Part shown: piece by piece, positions 14,701 through 29,700 of the stretch | Position numbering within the stretch: position 1 is the first letter of the stretch | Layout of the letters: each line of letters begins with the position of its first letter | Source: Nemertoderma westbladi | Lineage: Eukaryota > Animalia > Xenacoelomorpha | DNA: 64,000 nucleotides | Assembly (NCBI GenBank): GCA_032718475.1 | Contig: JAUCBJ010002753.1 | Location: 1-64,000 of the forward strand | Direction of reading: 5' to 3' | Made by a program: the position numbers and the translations under genes | The notes under the pieces: generated by a model | What the model saw: only the letters and a program-made list of their open reading frames with translations | What the model was told of the DNA's origin: nothing | The model's database searches: none

Positions 14701-17700
14701 GAGATACAAAATTGCGACAACCAACCACCATTGAGAATCAACAGAAAGCGCCGATACGCTGAGGATGTAACAAACTTAACTGGGCCGGCCGGCATCATTA
14801 TGAAATGAGGCACTGTTTCAACAATATGTTAACATCGATGCGCATGCGCTTGATATTGTTTATTTAATTTTGAAATGGTTGGATTAAATTTATTATTAAA
14901 TGTAAAACAGAACGACTAAAATAAGGATAATAATTTACAATTTTTTAACGTCTTAGAGTCATAAATGGCTGGATTCGGACCACCGTTATAACGATCAATC
15001 TATGCCACTAATCATGGCGTGGCCCACGGTAGAGGAGATTCTACGCGAGAAGATTACGGAACATTGGCGTGGAGTAGGTGAGCACGTCGCTAAACTAGAC
15101 CCAGAGGGAAAGGGAACGATAAATAGGAACGATTTGAAACAACTCCTCGCAAAGTTCTGCCTTCCTGTTTCGGATGAGCATTTTGACAAGTGAGTTACAG
15201 TTTTAATTTAGTTAGAGATTTCCGATTCCATGTCGGCGTCGGGATAAATAAGAATTAATTTGCTTAAATAGTATTCTTCATGATCATGACTCCCATAATT
15301 TTATGAGTTGAATATTTATTTTCGTAGGTTGTGGAAGCAATGTCCCGAGGATAGCGAGGGGAGAGTGAGTTTCTTTGAGTTTTTGAGTGTTCTCGGGGTA
15401 GAAGCGATTCCAGGCGATACAAAGGGGGTCAGTGAACAAATAACCAAGTCGTCAGAGGAGAGAGAAGGTGATAGACTGGAGGATTTGAGATTACGGTGAG
15501 AAACTATAATTATAGGGAGGGGAGGCTGTCGCATTCAAAATTAAACTCTCCCCAGGGTCAATATCAGTTGATTACGTGTATATATTAAACTGTGGGGCGA
15601 GACACGTAGTCGGCGAGCCTTTGCATACGGTTCATATAGGGTAAATGGGGCATGTCCGTCTGTCTGTCTGTCCGTCTGTCTGGTAAATGTTTGAACGCGA
15701 ATTTCTCGGCATCGCTCGTTCGGAATTGAACCAAACTTAGTAGGTAAGTAGTAGAGAGAAAGTTTAGAAAGTTTGTAAAGTTTGGTGAAAAATCATGCAG
15801 TCTGACGTCAGCTACGACAGATTATGTGGTTTTTAGAAAATGTTAAATTTCTCGGGAAGGCCTCATTTTCCTGAGCTGAAATTTTGGTGGCCTGTAGAGA
15901 ATCATGAAGTCTATCTTTTACGAAATTGAAAAGTTAAGACATTTAATTGGGGATCCGCTAGAGTCTCAGAAGTAATGACATAGGCCTACCGGTACGGTAC
16001 TGCTGTACAGTGCTGCACTGGTAAGTACGAAATTGCAGAATAACAATTTGACACCACCTAGCGGATTAACATATGATTGTATATCGAATGAATACATTTA
16101 TAGCATGGGATATGGGGTCCAAACTAGACATGCCCCATTTGCTCTATATGAACCGTATGCCAAGGCTTGCCGACTACGTGCTGCGCGAAGTCCCCACGAA
16201 CGTGTAACATATTCTATTGCCTTTAGTTTATTGTATTGGTTATAATTAGAGACCATATCCTGCCCCCTCCACTTGTACCATACTCCTATACAATAATGAC
16301 CAATAATTTTTGATATTGAGTTCAATTGTAGTTATTGTTCAGTAATAATAATTATACTGTATAAAACAATTGTAAGGCTTCTAGAACTTATCGGTAATAT
16401 TTATTCATAAATACGCAAAAACATAGAATAATTACTATTTTCTAGAAGTCCTTGGTTTTTATCACGCGTACCATTTAATAATCCATGGGGCATTAGTATA
16501 GTATCTATGCCCAAATTTCAAAAAAAATTGATTAAAATTATTAGTGTTTATAGGTTTATATCATGAGGTTTTTTGTTCTAGAACAAATATTTGGCCATCT
16601 GACAAAAAGATGATAGCTAGTAATTTTGATTTTGTGTTAGCTAGTAATTTTTATTAGCTAGTAAACAATTTAAAATGTAATTTAATCCTCAAATATATTT
16701 GTCAATAAGAATAAGAAATAAATAAGCATTACAACAATAAATAAATTGAAATAAATTGAAATTTATTTTATTTATGTAACCATAGCCTAAACAAAAATAT
16801 ATTATTCTGGAATAAAATTTATAATACAAAACCAAACAACATGTAAAATATCGTATTCCAAAATTTTAACATTACGAAATGATTGTGCATATGCATTATA
16901 AGTGATATATTGTTTACGTGGTAAACCATGACGGCGTTAAGTAATGTCCCCTTAGTGGACATTACTTAACGTCGTCATGCGTCGTCACGTAAACAATAAC
17001 ACCAAAACAATACTAAATGCACAGGCCAATACAATGCTGTAATGTCCTCTAAAGTTGTAAAGTGCTAAATAACAACTCGCTGTAAATACTAACGTCGTTG
17101 AGTAATGTTACAATTTTGGAATAAAATATATTTTCATATAAAAATAAAAAAATTAAAAAAAATAAAAAATTTAGGCATAGATACTATACTAATGCCAATC
17201 CATGGAAACATTATATTCTAGCAAAACATTATTCATAACGTTTTGTTTAATTTGAATAAAAATTACTAAATTAAATACAAAAGTAACTTTTCTTGTAATT
17301 TTACCCGAAAAACAACAACAATAATAATGAATGAAGAAAAGAAACCTTCGACGGAGTACTACAATCCGTATTGGTCGGAATACTATCACGAATACTGCGT
17401 CAAAGGCAACGCCCATCTTCTCAAGAAGAGTCATGTGTTCATGTTCCCACACAGGTGGAATCCCTGGCCTACTTACACACCGTCCAACCTTAGATGGCCT
17501 AGTAGGTTGATCTATTGTAAATCGGAAAGATAATTGAATCGATTGATTGCCACTACTCATAAGGCATCGGTGCGATTCCCAAATCCTCCAAATCTATTTT
17601 ATCAGCTAGTTTTTCTATTTTTTTGTTGTTTAATTTTTAGAACATGATAGTTAGTATTAATAAAGGCAATGTTTTAGAACAAATATTGGTTGTTCTGGAA

Positions 17701-20700
17701 TGTTTCTTTTAAAACTGTTTTTTAAAAATATATTATATCTTAGAAGATTAGCCAACTGTAGGTTATTTTTGTAATTGATTAATGTTTAAAAGCATACTAG
17801 TTATTAACTTTAGCTAGTGTTTTATTAACTTGTAAAATTAACTATATGACAGTCTGTCTGTCATGTAACCTCCGCCTAACCCGAAGTTAAATCTACTTAA
17901 TTTCACATATTCTACTAAAAAACACTAGACCTACTGATTTTAGGGTTATACATGAGCAAAGCCAAACCAACCTGCCTGTAAATACATGACTATATGGGAT
18001 TATACTACATTATCTAAACAAACCAGCAAAGATAACCAAAATACTAAACTTAAATACCTGAATAAACAGGCAGCATAATTGTCAAATTTACTAATCAAGC
18101 ATAATAAACCGTTAAATGCTGCAGTTGGGGCTATTTATTAGAGTGTACTACTGCTGTACAGTTAGTTAGACTATACATTCTTCAACTACAGTGCTACTGA
18201 ATTACACAGAAATGCATGACATCTTTCACTACTGGTAGGGACTGTCAGACAGCTGCTGAGTATCGGATACTCATTTTTTTTGTCCTAAATACCTAATGGG
18301 TTCATAGTTTAACACTTATCTGGCATCCCAGTCATAAATAGGAAACCATAGAACATAATATAATATCATGGCTCATACGGGTGTGCCACGGTGGGGTAGG
18401 TTGTGGCTCATACGGGTGTGGTGCCCCCGTATGCAAAGGGTTAACTACGTCACTCTACCACGTTTATGGAATCCATATCATTGTCTTTAGAATCAGCCAC
18501 GGACAAACAGCGGGCAAGGAACGTACCAAAATAATGTCTGCGGCCGAAGTTATTACAAGAGTGAGGGATCTTATGATACAGAAGTCGAGTAGCATCCGAG
18601 ATAACTTCCTACGATTCGATGGAGATAACGACGGAAAAATATCCAAAAAAGAATTTAGACATGTGAGTTGAACCGGAGGCGAGCTGTATAATTATCATTC
18701 GTTTAGCCTATTTTTTTTAAAAACATTTTATTTTTATTACGCATTGTTTGTTTAATTAAACCATATCACACCATGGCTATTATATTTTGACCCTAAGGAT
18801 CTCTTTAATTTTAAATTGCATTTTTTGAGCGAAAAATACAATATATCCGTAACCATGGAAACGATCCTAATTTTTCTTATACAAATCGACTATTGTCTCT
18901 GGCATGGGGATAATTTGTTACTCCTTCAATAATATTATGACTTCGATTTGTTGATTTAGTTACTAAGTTACCTCGGACTCATCATGGACGCCAAGGTCTT
19001 TGATGATCTCTGTCTGTCTATTCGCTTCCCGTTCTTCGGTATGACGTACACCCAGTTCCTGCAGTACTTCGATGACACACGGAACGCTGGCCCAGGCGAC
19101 GACATCCTCCACTCCGACAATCACAGAGTCAATTCGCACCGCGGCGAGGTCGCCATGGATGCAGGACAGGTGCAGCATCGGTTCCTAAGGAAACTCAGGG
19201 AAAATTTCTCAGTGAGTTTCTCATATTCACATATATTTTTAGTTACAGACGGGGCAAACTTACTCAAGTGATAGTTTTAGTGGTTACTATGTTAAAATCA
19301 TAGAGAAACCGAAAAAGTTACCAAAATATAAAATATAGAAACTCATAACACAGAGGGTTGAAAATGGTCAAATGAATACCATCACATAACTAAAGTAGGC
19401 TCTTTGTAACAAACAGCAGTTCCGAGTTCAGCTGTGTGTGTATACAGAATTGTTTGTTTTGGTGAGGAACATAAGATAAACATAACATGGTAGGTATTAA
19501 TATATTCATTAACAATTAAAATTATTATAAATAATTCAATTAGACCTTGGCTTCATCTACCTGCCTTATACTGTGTATCTAGTACATGGATGGATATTGT
19601 GCATGGGTATGGTATATACTGTCGGTATACCTATAATTTCCCGTAAATGATAGTACAGTACGATGCTTTCCGAGGCGTCATGGTTACAATCCTGAATCAT
19701 TGTCGTTAATTATTTTATTTATTTTTATTTAAATTTGTTCTGTTTTGTTTTTAAGTAGCCCTGAAGACGGGCGTGACGCCCGAAATTCGATTGGAAAGAA
19801 TAATTAAATTTGATCATTAATATTTTTGGTATCGGCACCGTCGGACAGTGCCTACAATAAAGGATTCTAGACAGAAACCCGATTGTGAACCGCGGTTCGC
19901 AAACGACTATTACTTGTAGAGTGGGTAAGCGACCTAAAAGGTTAAAATTGTGACAAAACTGTCAAACTTGTCAAAATGTCTGTACCTTTGGTTTAGATGA
20001 CAAAAATCCAAACTCCAAAAACTCTGACCACATTAACTTTCAATTTCATTTTTCTTTCCTTAGCAACATGGACTTTAGATAGCAACTACAGTAGGCAAAC
20101 TATTGGTGAACTTTTTCCCAAATTTTGTAAAAAACAAACTTTACTCCCATGACTTAGTTAAACTTTAGTCCAATGACTTAGTCGATTGACTGGACTAATG
20201 AACTTCTACATGGTTAGCTATTTAGTGTCCAGAGCATCGAGAATTTATCTAATAATTTACTACGCTTTATTATCATTTGGCTGGTACAATATAGGAAGAA
20301 GCTTATTAACTCAAATTAACGACTAAACGATTGTCGATCTCAATCTCCTTGTTCCTAAAAATTGACTATTCTGGTTTTAAAACTAAAAAAAATTAAATCT
20401 AAATTCAATATAACAATCCCAATTTTATTGTGAAAATTTCCGCATCATTACTGGGAACTATTATTTTTTCCTACGACGGAATTGTATAATTTTAAATGTA
20501 TCAGTTACCTTATTATGTGGGGCAATTTTTGATATTTTTAACAATTTGAAAATTGTATGTTAGACATAGTTACTGAGATATTGCAATTAATATGCTGCAG
20601 GTCAGTGTTCATTTAATTCCTTTCCCATTGAATCACAGCTTATTGCAAAATTTATTAAATTATTAATTCTACATTACTAATTCATAATTACTCATAAAAT

Positions 20701-23700
20701 ATTTGGGACTTTTGTTACAATTTTTTCACTAAGCAAACACTCCATTATATTAGCTGGTGTAGTACAGTAGCACCATATTCCACTGAGTTCTGAATCTTTG
20801 CGACATACTAACAGTAGCTATGCGGTAATAACCTACCGCAGATGCCTTCACAACCAAATGTTGTGTTTACTGGGAAATTATTGGGGGAGGGGATTGGGGG
20901 TTGGGGGAGGGGGTTGGGGGAAGTTGGATGTTCAAGTCACTGAATTAAGACACTATATTCCATGATGGGCGCGGCAATAACTTCCTTCGCCAGTTGCTCA
21001 ATGATACTGTACGGTACCTGTGGAACATCGCTGGCCAAGTGAATTTGGAGAGGTTTTGTTTCTGTATTCAGGTGTTGCAGCAATTCAGACTAACCACCTC
21101 CTACTTGAGTTGGAGCAAATTTGTTAACTATTTTGAAGGCTTCGCCGTGGCTCTTATTAAATTATAAATTAACCAGCAAATCCTTCACCTGGTTTCGTAG
21201 TGTAGTGGTTATCACATCTGCCTAACACGCAGAAGGTCCTGGGTTCGAGACCCAGCGAAACCAGAGGGTCCTGGGTTCGAGACCCAGTGAAACCGAAGTT
21301 CTCCCTTTTTTATAATCAATAAAATTCTACCATCTTCCGATAAACAGTATCTTTGTGACGATTTCAGAATCCACAGTGAATTATCACCTCTTTTTTTTGT
21401 TTTGTTTAGATTAAACTGACACTAAAACCTGTTGGTTTACTAAATGGGTAATTAACATTGTTGATTTATACAGTTGTATTATACAATACTATATTATATA
21501 CGAAGGATGTCTTGAACAATGATATTATTATACAACATTGGTCATAGTAATTGCACAAAAACTGCACAGATGGCGCCCCATTTATATATGTACTGCTGCT
21601 GCTACCAATAAACTATTTACCAACCAAATCTATAATAATTCAACTGGAATACTCGCAAGTACTATTTCTCAGGGACTTCTATTTACTATCATTTATTTCA
21701 ATCTATTATCTCATGGGGGTATAGCTCAGTGGTAGAGCATTCGACTGCAGATCGAGAGGTCCCCAGTTCAAATCTGGGTGCCCCCTTTGAAATTTTTATT
21801 TGCCCTATTTTTTTTTATATTTGTAATCCTTTTTTTGATAAAAATACATTTACATTTAATAGGCTTTAATTGACTATTATCCAGTGTTAATTAGTGTTAC
21901 ATTTGCACATACATATACACTTAATTAGTATAGATAAGAATAAGCTAAAACACAGTACAAAATATTGCGTGCATGCATGTACATTATTAATAAAGTAAGT
22001 AATAAATGATCACGAGAGTAGTGTTATAGCATGGCTAGTGAATCGAGATCGACTGGATCTGGGGGGGGGGGGGGGGGGGGGCGTTTTTAGAAAAGTTAGT
22101 GGTTCTTTATTGGTATTTGTTCTTTGATAGTGGTTTAGTAGTCCTAAAACGAACCGAAAACGCATATTGCAATTGGTTTAGATTTGGATAATTCACCCAT
22201 GGCACCGACCGGTTCAAGAATCGCGAGGAGAAATACTGTAGATAGACCATGTTACAATCGGGATATTGTCAATTATATTATAATTATATTGAAGATGTTA
22301 GTATGGGAAAAAAAGCATTAATGAAAGAATTTTAATATGGTTTTAAATTGTGGAAAACATATGTGTTTTTAAAAGGGACGAGAACGACGACTTTGTTTTC
22401 GCGTTCCTTATACCGAGTGGAATGTCATTCCAGATCGATGGGCCACGAAAGCTGATGGATTGTTGAGAGGAGGTTAGAGAGAATAGAGGTAGGCGGAAGT
22501 CACCGCGTGTAGAAGAGCGAGTAGGGTAGATAGAGTAGTAGAGTAGAGTAGAGTAGGCTACTATGAACAGTAGATGACTTCCTAAATAGACCTACAATAA
22601 CGGGAGGTAGTGTGGCAGTGAGTTTATGAACATCGTACAGTAGTAGACCAACTTGGTGCTTGTAAAGGAGTACGAGTGGGAGAATGCGTAGAGATTTGTA
22701 TATCGGATTATAAGATGCTTGAGAGTCGCTGAAAGTAATGCACCGTAGTAGTTTATTTATTTTGATTCGGAGTGGTTTGATGATAGTTGGGTATGTGCTG
22801 CCCCAAAACATTAGTCCGTATTGTACGTAAGGATGTATTTGTGAGAAATATAGTTGGCGTAGAATATTACGTGGAAATATATAGCGTAGCTTGTAAAAGA
22901 TACCTGAGGTTTTAGATATTTTGCTAATTACTTGTTTGATGCGATCTTTCCAATTTAGATTATTATCAACCCATATGCCAAGGAATTTTGTACTTTCATT
23001 ATATTTTATTTGCTGATTGTTAAATTGTATTGAAGAGGTTAGGTTAGTGATATCGGCAGTGTTGGAAAATATAGTAAATTCGGTTTTGGTAAGATTGAGG
23101 GATAGTTGGTTATCAGCTAGCCAATCAGATATGTTGGTTAATTCATTATTGACATAGGAAACTAGAATGTGGGGATTAATGTATGATTTGTGCATAGTGG
23201 TGTCGTCAGCGAAGAGTGAAGTCATTAGTTTTGTGGTGTTAGGAAGGTCGTTAATGTAGAGAGGGAATAATATGACTGATAGAATAGCACCTTGTGGGAC
23301 ACCAACACACAAGTGGTTTAACACCTTGTGGGACACCAACACACAAGTGGTTTAACACCTTGTGGGACACCAACACACAAGTGGTTTAACACCTTGTGGG
23401 ACACCACACACAAGTGGTTTAACACCTTGTGGGACACCAACGCACAAGTGCTTTAACACCTTGTGGGACACCACACACAAGTGGTTTAACACCTTGTGGG
23501 ACACCAACACACAAGTGGTTTAACACCTTGTGGGACACCACACACAAGTGGTTTAACACCTTGTGGGACACCAACACACAAGTGGTTTAACACCTTGTGG
23601 GACACCAACACACAAGTGGTTTAACACCTTGTGGGACACCACACACAAGTGGTTTGACACCTTGTGGGACACCAACACACAAGTGGTTTAACACCTTGTG

Positions 23701-26700
23701 GGACACCACACACAAGTGGTTTAACACCTTGTGGGACACCAACACACAAGTGGTTTAACACCTTGTGGGACACCACACACAAGTGGTTTAACACCTTGTG
23801 GGACACCAACACATAAGTGGTTTAACACCTTGTGGGACACCACACACAAGTGGTTTAACACCTTGTGGGACACCAACCCACAAGTGGTTTAACACCTTGT
23901 GGGACACTACACACAAGTGGTTTAACACCTTGTGGGACACCACACACAAGTGGTTTAACACCTTGTGGGACACCACACACAAGTGGTTTAACACCTTGTG
24001 GGACACCACACACAAGTGGTTTAACACCTTGTGGGACACCACACACAAGTGGTTTAACACCTTGTGGGACACCACACACAAGTGGTTTAACACCTTGTGG
24101 GATACCAACATACAAGTGGTTTAACACCTTGTGGGACACCACACACAAGTGGTTTATCACCTTGTGGGACACCACACACAAGTGGTTTAACACCTTGTGG
24201 GACACCACACACAAGTGGTTTAACACCTTGTGGGACACCAACACACAAGTGGTTTAACACCTTGTGGGACACCACACACAAGTGGTTTAACACCTTGTGG
24301 GACACCAACCCACAAGTGGTTTAACACCTTGTGGGACACTACACACAAGTTGTTTAACACCTTGTGGGACACCACACACAAGTGGTTTAACACCTTGTGG
24401 GACACTACACACAAGTGGTTTAACACCTTGTGGGACACCACACACAAGTGGTTTAACACCTTGTGGGATACCAACATACAAGTGGTTTAACACCTTGTGG
24501 GACACCACACACAAGTGGTTTATCACCTTGTGGGACACCACACACAAGTGGTTTAACACCTTGTGGGACACCACACACAAGTGGTTTAACACCTTGTGGG
24601 ACACCACACACAAGTGGTTTAACACCTTGTGGGACACCACACACAAACACCTTGTGGGACACCACACACAAGTGGTTTAACACCTTGTGGGACACAACAC
24701 ACAAGTGGTTTAAAGGTTGAGGTGAAATCGCCTATTGACACAATTTGTGTTCTAGAATTAAGATAGCTGGATAATAATTGGTGTGGGAGGCCTCGGATAC
24801 CATATGCGGATAATTTGTGGAGCAAAATGTTATGGTGTAGGGTATCGAAGGCTTTTTTAAAATCGATATATATTGCACAAGTTGAGTTTTTATTGTCTAG
24901 GGCGTATACGATTACACAGATACAACTTATTTACAAACGTCTCGCAGCATCTGTAAATAATGTAATTATTGTAATTTATTTTCCGTTGTAAAATTTTTAT
25001 TATAAAAAATTATTATTAAATTTAAATTATTATATTTTGTTGTTGGATGTGTCACCGCATGGAGAGCCAGCGATCACGATTCGATGATCGGTTACTTAGC
25101 GAAAAAGAGATTTTAGTTTCTATATATTATACCATATATTTTTAATCTTTTATATAATGTTATTTTAACTGTCGATATAAAGTAAATGTTACAGTTTCTG
25201 TAATTTTAATTATAATGTTACTGTCACCAGTTACGTTAGTAACCAACCGATTAAAAAATGTGTAACAAATCATTAACCAAACCAAGTTACGGTATCTTTT
25301 TATTTCTTAATTTCTCAGACATTGCGTGAAGCTTTCTATAAGATGGATGCAGACCACGATGGGTTCATACGACGAGCAGACTTCCGGCAAATAATGGACC
25401 AGTTTATGTTCTACATCGACGATACGCAGTTCAGGAAGTACATGGAGCATCTCGGTATCACACCTAAAAGTCGTCTAGGATATCGGGATTTCCTTAACTT
25501 ATTCGAAGAAAAGGAAACCGCACCAACGTGGCTCGATTCTAAACACAGGTAGGGGTGTTAGAACCAAAGTGGCTCGATTCTAAACACAGGTAGGGGTGTT
25601 AGCACCAACGTGGCTCGATTCTAAACACATGTAGGGGTGTTAGCACCACGTGGCTCCTTTCTAGCACCACACAGGTAGGGGTGTTAGCACCAACATGGCT
25701 CGATTCTAAAAATAGGTAGAGGTGTTAGCACCACTTGGCTCAATTCTAAACACAGGTAGGGGTGTTAGCACCAACGTGGCTCGATCCTAAACACAGATAG
25801 GGGTGTTAGCACCACGTGGCTCCTTTCTAGCACCACTTGGCTCGATTCTAAACACAGGTAGGGGTGTTAGCACCACTTGGCTCGATTCTAAACACAGGTA
25901 GGGGTGTTAGCACCAACGTGGCTCGATTCTAAACACAGGTAGGGGTGTTAGCACCAACGTGACTTGATTCTAAACACAGGTAGGGGTGTTAGCACCACTT
26001 GGCTCGGTTCTAAACACAGGTAGGGGTGTTAGCACCAACGTGGCTCGATTCTAAACACAGATAGGGGTGTTAGCACCACGTGGCTCCTTTCTAGCACCAC
26101 TTGGCTCGATTCTAAACACAGGTAGGGGTGTTAGCACCACTTGGCTCGATTCTAAACACAGGTAGGGGTGTTAGCACCAACGTGGCTCGATTCTAAACAC
26201 AGGGAGGGGTGTTAGAACCACGTGGCTCCTTTTAGCACCACTTGGCTCGATTCTAAACACAGGTAGGAGTGTTAGCACCACTTGGCTCGATTCTAAACAC
26301 AGGTAGGGGTGTTAGCACCAACGTGGCTCGATTCCAAACACAGGTAGGGGTGTTAGAACCACGTGGCTCCTTTCTAGCACCACTTGGCTCGATTCTAAAC
26401 ACAGGTAGGTGTGTTAGCACCACTTGGCTCGATTCTAAACACAGGTAGGGGTGTTAGCACCAACGTGGCACGATTCTAAACACAGGTAGGGGTGTTAGCA
26501 CCAACATGGCTCGATTCTAAAAATAGGTAGAGGTGTTAGCACCACTTGGCTCGATTCTAAACACAGGTAGGGGTGTTAGCACCAACGTGGCTCGATTCTA
26601 AACACAGGTAGGGGTGTTAGCACCACGTGGCTCCTTTCTAGCACCACTTGGCTCGATTCTAAACACAGGTAGGAAGTGTTAGCACCACTTGGCTCCATTC

Positions 26701-29700
26701 TAAACACAGGTAGGGGTGTTAGCACCAACGTGGCTCGATTCCAAACACAGGTAGGGGTGTTAGCACCACTTGGCTCGATTCTAAACACAGGTAGGGGTGT
26801 TAGCACCAACGTGGCTCGATTCTAAACACAGGTAGGGGTGTTAGAACCACGTGGCTCCTTTTTAGCACCACTTAGCTCGATTCTAAACACAGGTAGGGGT
26901 GTTAGCACCAACGTGGCTCGATTCCAAACACAGGTAGGGGTGTTAGCACCACTTGGCTCGATTCTAAACACAGGTAGGGGTGTTAGCACCAACGTGGCTC
27001 GATTCTAAACACAGGTAGGGGTGTTAGAACCACGTGGCTCCTTTTTAGCACCACTTAGCTCGATTCTAAACACAGGTAGGGGTGTTAGCACCACTTGGCT
27101 CGATTCTAAACACAGGTAGGGGTGTTAGCACCAACGTGGCTCGATTCTAAACACAGGTAGGGGTGTTAGAACCACGTGGCTCCTTTCTAGCACCACTTGG
27201 CTCGATTCTAAACACAGGTAGGGGTGTTAGCACCACTTGGCTCGATTCTAAACACAGGTAGGGGTGTTAGCACCAACGTGGCTCGATTCTAAACACAGGT
27301 AGGGGTGTTAGAACCACGTGGCTCCTTTTTAGCACCACTTAGCTCGATTCTAAACACAGGTAGGTGTGTTAGCACCACTTGGCTCGATTCTAAAAATAGG
27401 TAGGGGTGTTAGCACCACGTGGCTCCTTTCTAGCACCACTTGCCTCGATTCTAAACACAGGTAGGGGTGTTAGCACCACTTAGCTCGATTCTAAACACAG
27501 GTAGGGGTGTTAGCACCACTTGACTCGATTCTAAACACAGGTAGGGGTGTTAGCACCACTTGACTCGATTCTAAACACAGGTAGGGGTGTTAGCACCAAC
27601 GTGGCTCGATTCTAAACACAGGTAGGGGTGTTAGAACCACGTGGCTCCTTTCTAGCACCACTTGGCTCGATTATAAACACAGGTAGGTGTGTTAGCACCA
27701 CTTGGCTCGATTCTAAACACAGGTAGGGGTGTTAGCACCAACGTGGCTCGATTCTAAACACAGGTAGGGGTGTTAGCACCAACATGGCTCGATTCTAAAA
27801 ATAGGTAGAGGTGTTAGCACTACTTGGCTCGATTCTAAACACAGGTAGGGGTGTTAGCACCAACGTGGCTCGATTTTAAACACAGGTAGGGGTGTTAGAA
27901 CCACGTGGCTCCTTTTTAGCACCACTTAGCTCGATTCTAAACACAGGTAGGTGTGTTAGCACCACTTGGCTCGATTCTAAAAATAGGTAGGGGTGTTAGC
28001 ACCATTTGGCTCGATTCTAAAAATAGGTAGGGGTGTTAGAACCACGTGGCTCCTTTCTAGCACCACTTGGCTCGATTCTAAACACAGGTAGAGGTGTTAG
28101 CACCAACGTGGCTCGATTCTAAACACAGGTAGGGGTGTTAGCACCACGTGGCTCCTTTCTAGCACCACTTAGCTCGATTTTAAACACAGGTAGGGGTGTT
28201 AGCACCACTTGACTCGATTCTAAACACAGGTAGGGGTGTTAGCACCAACGTGGCTCGATTCTAAACACAGGTAGGGGTGTTAGAACCACGTGGCTCCTTT
28301 CTAGCACCACTTGGCTCGATTATAAACACAGGTAGGTGTGTTAGCACCACTTGGCTCGATTCTAAACACAGGTAGGGGTGTTAGCACCAACGTGGCTCGA
28401 TTCTAAACACAGGTAGGGGTGTTAGCACCAACATGGCTCGATTCTAAAAATAGGTAGAGGTGTTAGCACTACTTGGCTCGATTCTAAACACAGGTAGGGG
28501 TGTTAGCACCAACGTGGCTCGATTCTAAACACAGGTAGGGGTGTTAGCACCAACATGGCTCGATTCTAAAAATAGGTAGAGGTGTTAGCACTACTTGGCT
28601 CGATTCTAAACACAGGTAGGGGTGTTAGCACCAACGTGGCTCGATTCTAAACACAGGTAGGGGTGTTAGAACCACGTGGCTCCTTTTTAGCACCACTTAG
28701 CTCGATTCTAAACACAGGTAGGTGTGTTAGCACCATTTGGCTCGATTCTAAAAATAGGTAGGGGTGTTAGCACCACGTGGCTCCTTTCTAGCACCACTTG
28801 CCTCGATTCTAAATACAGGTAGGGGTGTTAGCACCACTTAGCTCGATTCTAAACACAGGTAGGGGTGTTAGCACCACTTGACTCGATTCTAAACACAGGT
28901 AGAGGTGTTAGCACCAACGTGGCTCGATTCTAAACACAGGTAGGGGTGTTAGAACCACGTGGCTCCTTTCTAGCACCACTTGGCTCGATTCTAAACACAG
29001 GTAGGGGTGTTAGCACCAACGTGGCTCGATTCTAAACACAGGTAGGGGTGTTAGAACCACGTGGCTCCTTTCTAGCACCACTTGGCTCGATTATAAACAC
29101 AGGTAGGTGTGTTAGCACCACTTGGCTCGATTCTAAACACAGGTAGGGGTGTTAGCATCAACGTGGCTCGATTCTAAACACAGGTAGGGGTGTTAGCACC
29201 AACATGGCTCGATTCTAAAAATAGGTAGAGGTGTTAGCACCAACGTGGCTCGATTCCAAACACAGGTAGGGGTGTTAGAACCACGTGGCTCCTTTCTAGC
29301 ACCACTTGGCTCGATTCTAAACACTGGTAGGGGTGTTAGCACCATTTGGCTCGATTCTAAAAATAGGTAGGGGTGTTAGCACCACGTGGCTCCTTTCTAG
29401 CACCACTTGGCTCGATTCTAAACACTGGTAGGGGTGTTAGCACCACTTGGCTCGATTCTAAACACAGGTAGGGGTGTTAGCACCAACGTGGCTCGATTCC
29501 AAACACAGGTAGGGGTGTTAGAACCACGTGGCTCCTTTCTAGCACCACTTGGCTCGATTCTAAACACTGGTAGGGGTGTTAGCACCATTTGGCTCGATTC
29601 TAAAAATAGGTAGGGGTGTTAGAACCACGTGGCTCCTTTCTAGCACCACTTGGCTCGATTCTAAACACTGGTAGGGGTGTTAGCACCATTTGGCTCGATT

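Noticed and set aside
75-14734. Repetitive ORFs (MSSRYILLPV..., MYPGHYVVP...)
   Set aside because: They are translations of tandem units and occur in several frames or on both strands.
15617-18444. Large TIR element from the 13-nt inverted match CCTTTGCATACGG / CCGTATGCAAAGG
   Set aside because: The match is short, the left copy is internal to another inverted repeat, and no target-site duplication is evident.
20883-22081. G-quadruplex-like tract at 20883-20920 and poly-G run near 22060 (other G/C runs near 12102, 58775, 60659)
   Set aside because: Common low-complexity features with no evidence of function.
22500-23342. Functional RT gene (retron, DGR or telomerase-like) linked to the repeat array
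   Set aside because: It is a 5'-truncated, frameshifted LINE RT whose own motif is disrupted by the array; the other RT remnants also carry stops.
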